64,000 nt of DNA from Folioceros fuciformis (lineage: Eukaryota): positions 16,360 through 80,359 of the forward strand of contig JBNGIO010006281.1 of assembly GCA_049999805.1 (NCBI GenBank), in the 5' to 3' direction. The notes under the pieces were generated by a model. That model saw nothing but the letters and a program-made list of their open reading frames with translations. It did no database searches and had not been told where the DNA came from. Numbering within the stretch: the stretch's first letter is position 1; the number at the start of each line of letters is the position of its first letter. Positions 61,861-64,000 of this stretch are shown here, piece by piece. The position numbers and the translations under genes were made by a program.

Positions 61861-64000
61861 TTACCGATCACTATCCGGGTCGTCGCTGTCAAGGAACTTA
61901 GCCAACTGAACTGAAAATGGATAAGCTTTTAGAGCATGTCTACGAAACTCTTCTGACGCCTTGGGTTCCCCAATTGCATGTATGAAATTGACTGCCTCCA
62001 GCCATTGTGATTCCGGGGCTGTGGGACAAGAGCTTACTAGTGCGTTTGCAAGCAAAGAGTTGGCCCAAACTGCCACAGCCTGAGCACTAACAGAAGCTGA
62101 TCCCTCATATATTTTGCCAACCAGTCGCCGCAGGGCAAGAGCAACTGCGACGTTTCCAGGCATCATTTCCAGGATACCTTCAGCAAAACTTGCTGTCTTT
62201 CGAAATGAGTTTGAATCTACGGGAAGCAAAGTATGCCCAAATGTGACAAATAGAATGTCATTGAACAGAGAATAATCTGCAGGGGGTGGACCCAGCAGCC
62301 CCTTCACAAAGGATCTAACCCGGCATTTCTTGATACTATCAGCAATCTGTGATAGTGGCTCCAGCTTCAATGCCAGCCGGGATTCTGCAAAACACCGATC
62401 AAGAAGCTCCAAGGTGTTTTGCCCCAACAGAGAGTCACATTCAGACTCCAGTTCACAGGTACGATTTAGAAACACCACAAACTCCTTCCAGCAATGTTCA
62501 GCATCTCTCTCCTTGAGTGCGATCTCCACACTCTTGTGGACTGTAGCCAGTGCGGCAGATGTTTCCCCAGTTAGAACTTTAAGAAGGGCAAGGTTCAGAA
62601 GAGCACACACTGAATCCTGTCCAAGTGACATCCGATTCCCTTTACTATCAAATCTCATGAACACCTGGTTCTCTGCAGCTAAAGACAGCTGGTCCTGCAT
62701 TTGCCGCATGTGCCCACTGTCATTGATTACCACACTTGAGGAAGAACTAACACTCAATCCATTGTCAGTGGTAGGCTTACAGAAATCACGTGCCCATAAT
62801 GAATATTTAACCAAAATGTTAACGGCAGCATCCTTTCCTTTCCATTTCAACGCATGTCCAGAATATTGATTCCATAAACAATGGATGCCTGGCTTGCCCT
62901 GAAATTGTAACACCGCCTCGTCAAACACACGAAGACCCTGTTCCATTCCATTCAGCAGGAATTCCAGAGTGGCGCATTCCACAACCAGCTCCAACGAGGT
63001 TGGGTACAAGTCCAACATCTGACGGCAGAAACGAGAAGCTGAATGCCCTCCCACCGAAACCGCCAGACACCGGACATAGTTCACAGCAAGTGCTTGCCTG
63101 GCCGAGTTGGTCAACTCATCATCAGAAGTGCATATGTTCAACGGGACACAACCATTTCCCGTAGAAGAAGCTGTGCGCATCAACCGTATAACACGTTCAG
63201 ACTTAGATAAACGTACAGACTCCTGGGACATCCATCGGAGACCAAAGGGCAATTCCTGCTTGCAACCAAAGTGTAAAACAACATAAGGAGGCAGCTCCGA
63301 ATACAGAACGACATGCCCACAGCATACCCAGAGTATGCATGCGTCATGCAAAGTCAAACCAATCAGAACATGTGACGTGCTGTGGTCCCCTAGGAACAGA
63401 CATTCATTTGAAGCATCAGCAATCAATCCATCTATCCACGACAGTGCCAACTCGATATTCCCAGATACAAGCATGCAATATAACATTTGCAGTGATAGAT
63501 CCAATAAATAAGGGCTTTGTGTCTTCTCATTCATGGCGCTCTTTTTCCCTTGACCAAGGGAAGACAATGCCCTCTTATAACAATCTAGTCTCTGATTTAC
63601 GTCTGGTCTGCTGTCTATGAGAAGGCACCAAAGCTCGTAAGAGTTGCTATGAATAACCTGCCACAACACGAGCAGGAAAAGTTATGTGATAATGTGCAGG
63701 TCCTCAATCCTCACAAACATGTAGTAAGTCCACAAACATGCCAAAAGCATGCTCAGACTTTTCCACAGACTCTCACATAGAAGTGTGTAGAAAAATCACA
63801 CGCGTACGGTATTTCAAATCTTAAAGGCAAGACACAAAATACAGCCAGTGCCAGAAAGAAATACCGCATGGTGGAACAAGTCATCTTTGTCAATCCCATC
63901 ATTGCTGTAGAAAATGGAAAGATACACAATCCAAAGAACACATGATGATGAATTTGCCTCCAATGCTCGGGATAGATAGTATAAAGCCTGCAAAGGAATG
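61861..64000 (-). CDS. ZFC3H1-like (nuclear exosome adaptor) protein, C-terminal helical/TPR-like region; 5' part outside window
   Basis: Long terminal exon NSYELWCLLIDSR..QRLDCYKRALSSL..LLDLSLQMLYCMLVSGNIELALSWI...LWNQY...APESQWLEA...ALKAYPFSVQL, preceded by an exon ending ...DDMFHHA near 63870; resembles plant ZFC3H1 homologs from memory. Confidence 0.68.

Overview
Eukaryotic nuclear DNA from a compact, GC-balanced land-plant genome with many short GT-AG introns (mostly about 70-110 nt). The gene set (VAPYRIN, a PLS-PPR with elongated L motifs, tiny introns, tight gene packing) suggests a non-seed plant, most plausibly a hornwort; that is inference. About 22 protein-coding genes can be read: STOP1 (partial), a RUN-PX-Rubicon-homology protein, a CML, P4-ATPase ALA1, a plastid atypical SDR with N-terminal 40-aa repeats, a DUF3119 protein, a SpoU rRNA methyltransferase, a small conserved 95-aa protein, GatC, a PLS-E+ PPR, GRIK kinase, VPS32, CCT5, phosducin-like PLP3, VAPYRIN, a thioredoxin-like protein, intronless UBA5, an NDUFAF2-like protein, AKR4C, a C-terminal J-domain protein and a ZFC3H1-like gene (partial). 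Several are invisible in the ORF track and were rebuilt by manual splicing. Two TE-derived islands are present. The one at about 55.8-59.7 kb is a decayed Ty3/gypsy element with a nested solo LTR (exact TSD) and a 46-bp satellite amplified from one LTR. The most notable items are the RUN-bearing plant Rubicon/PLEKHM1-like protein, the SDR with amphipathic repeats, the long-L PPR lacking a DYW domain, the CCT5-PLP3 pairing, and very tight gene spacing at 21-25 kb. All family calls are from motif recognition by eye; no database searches were run.
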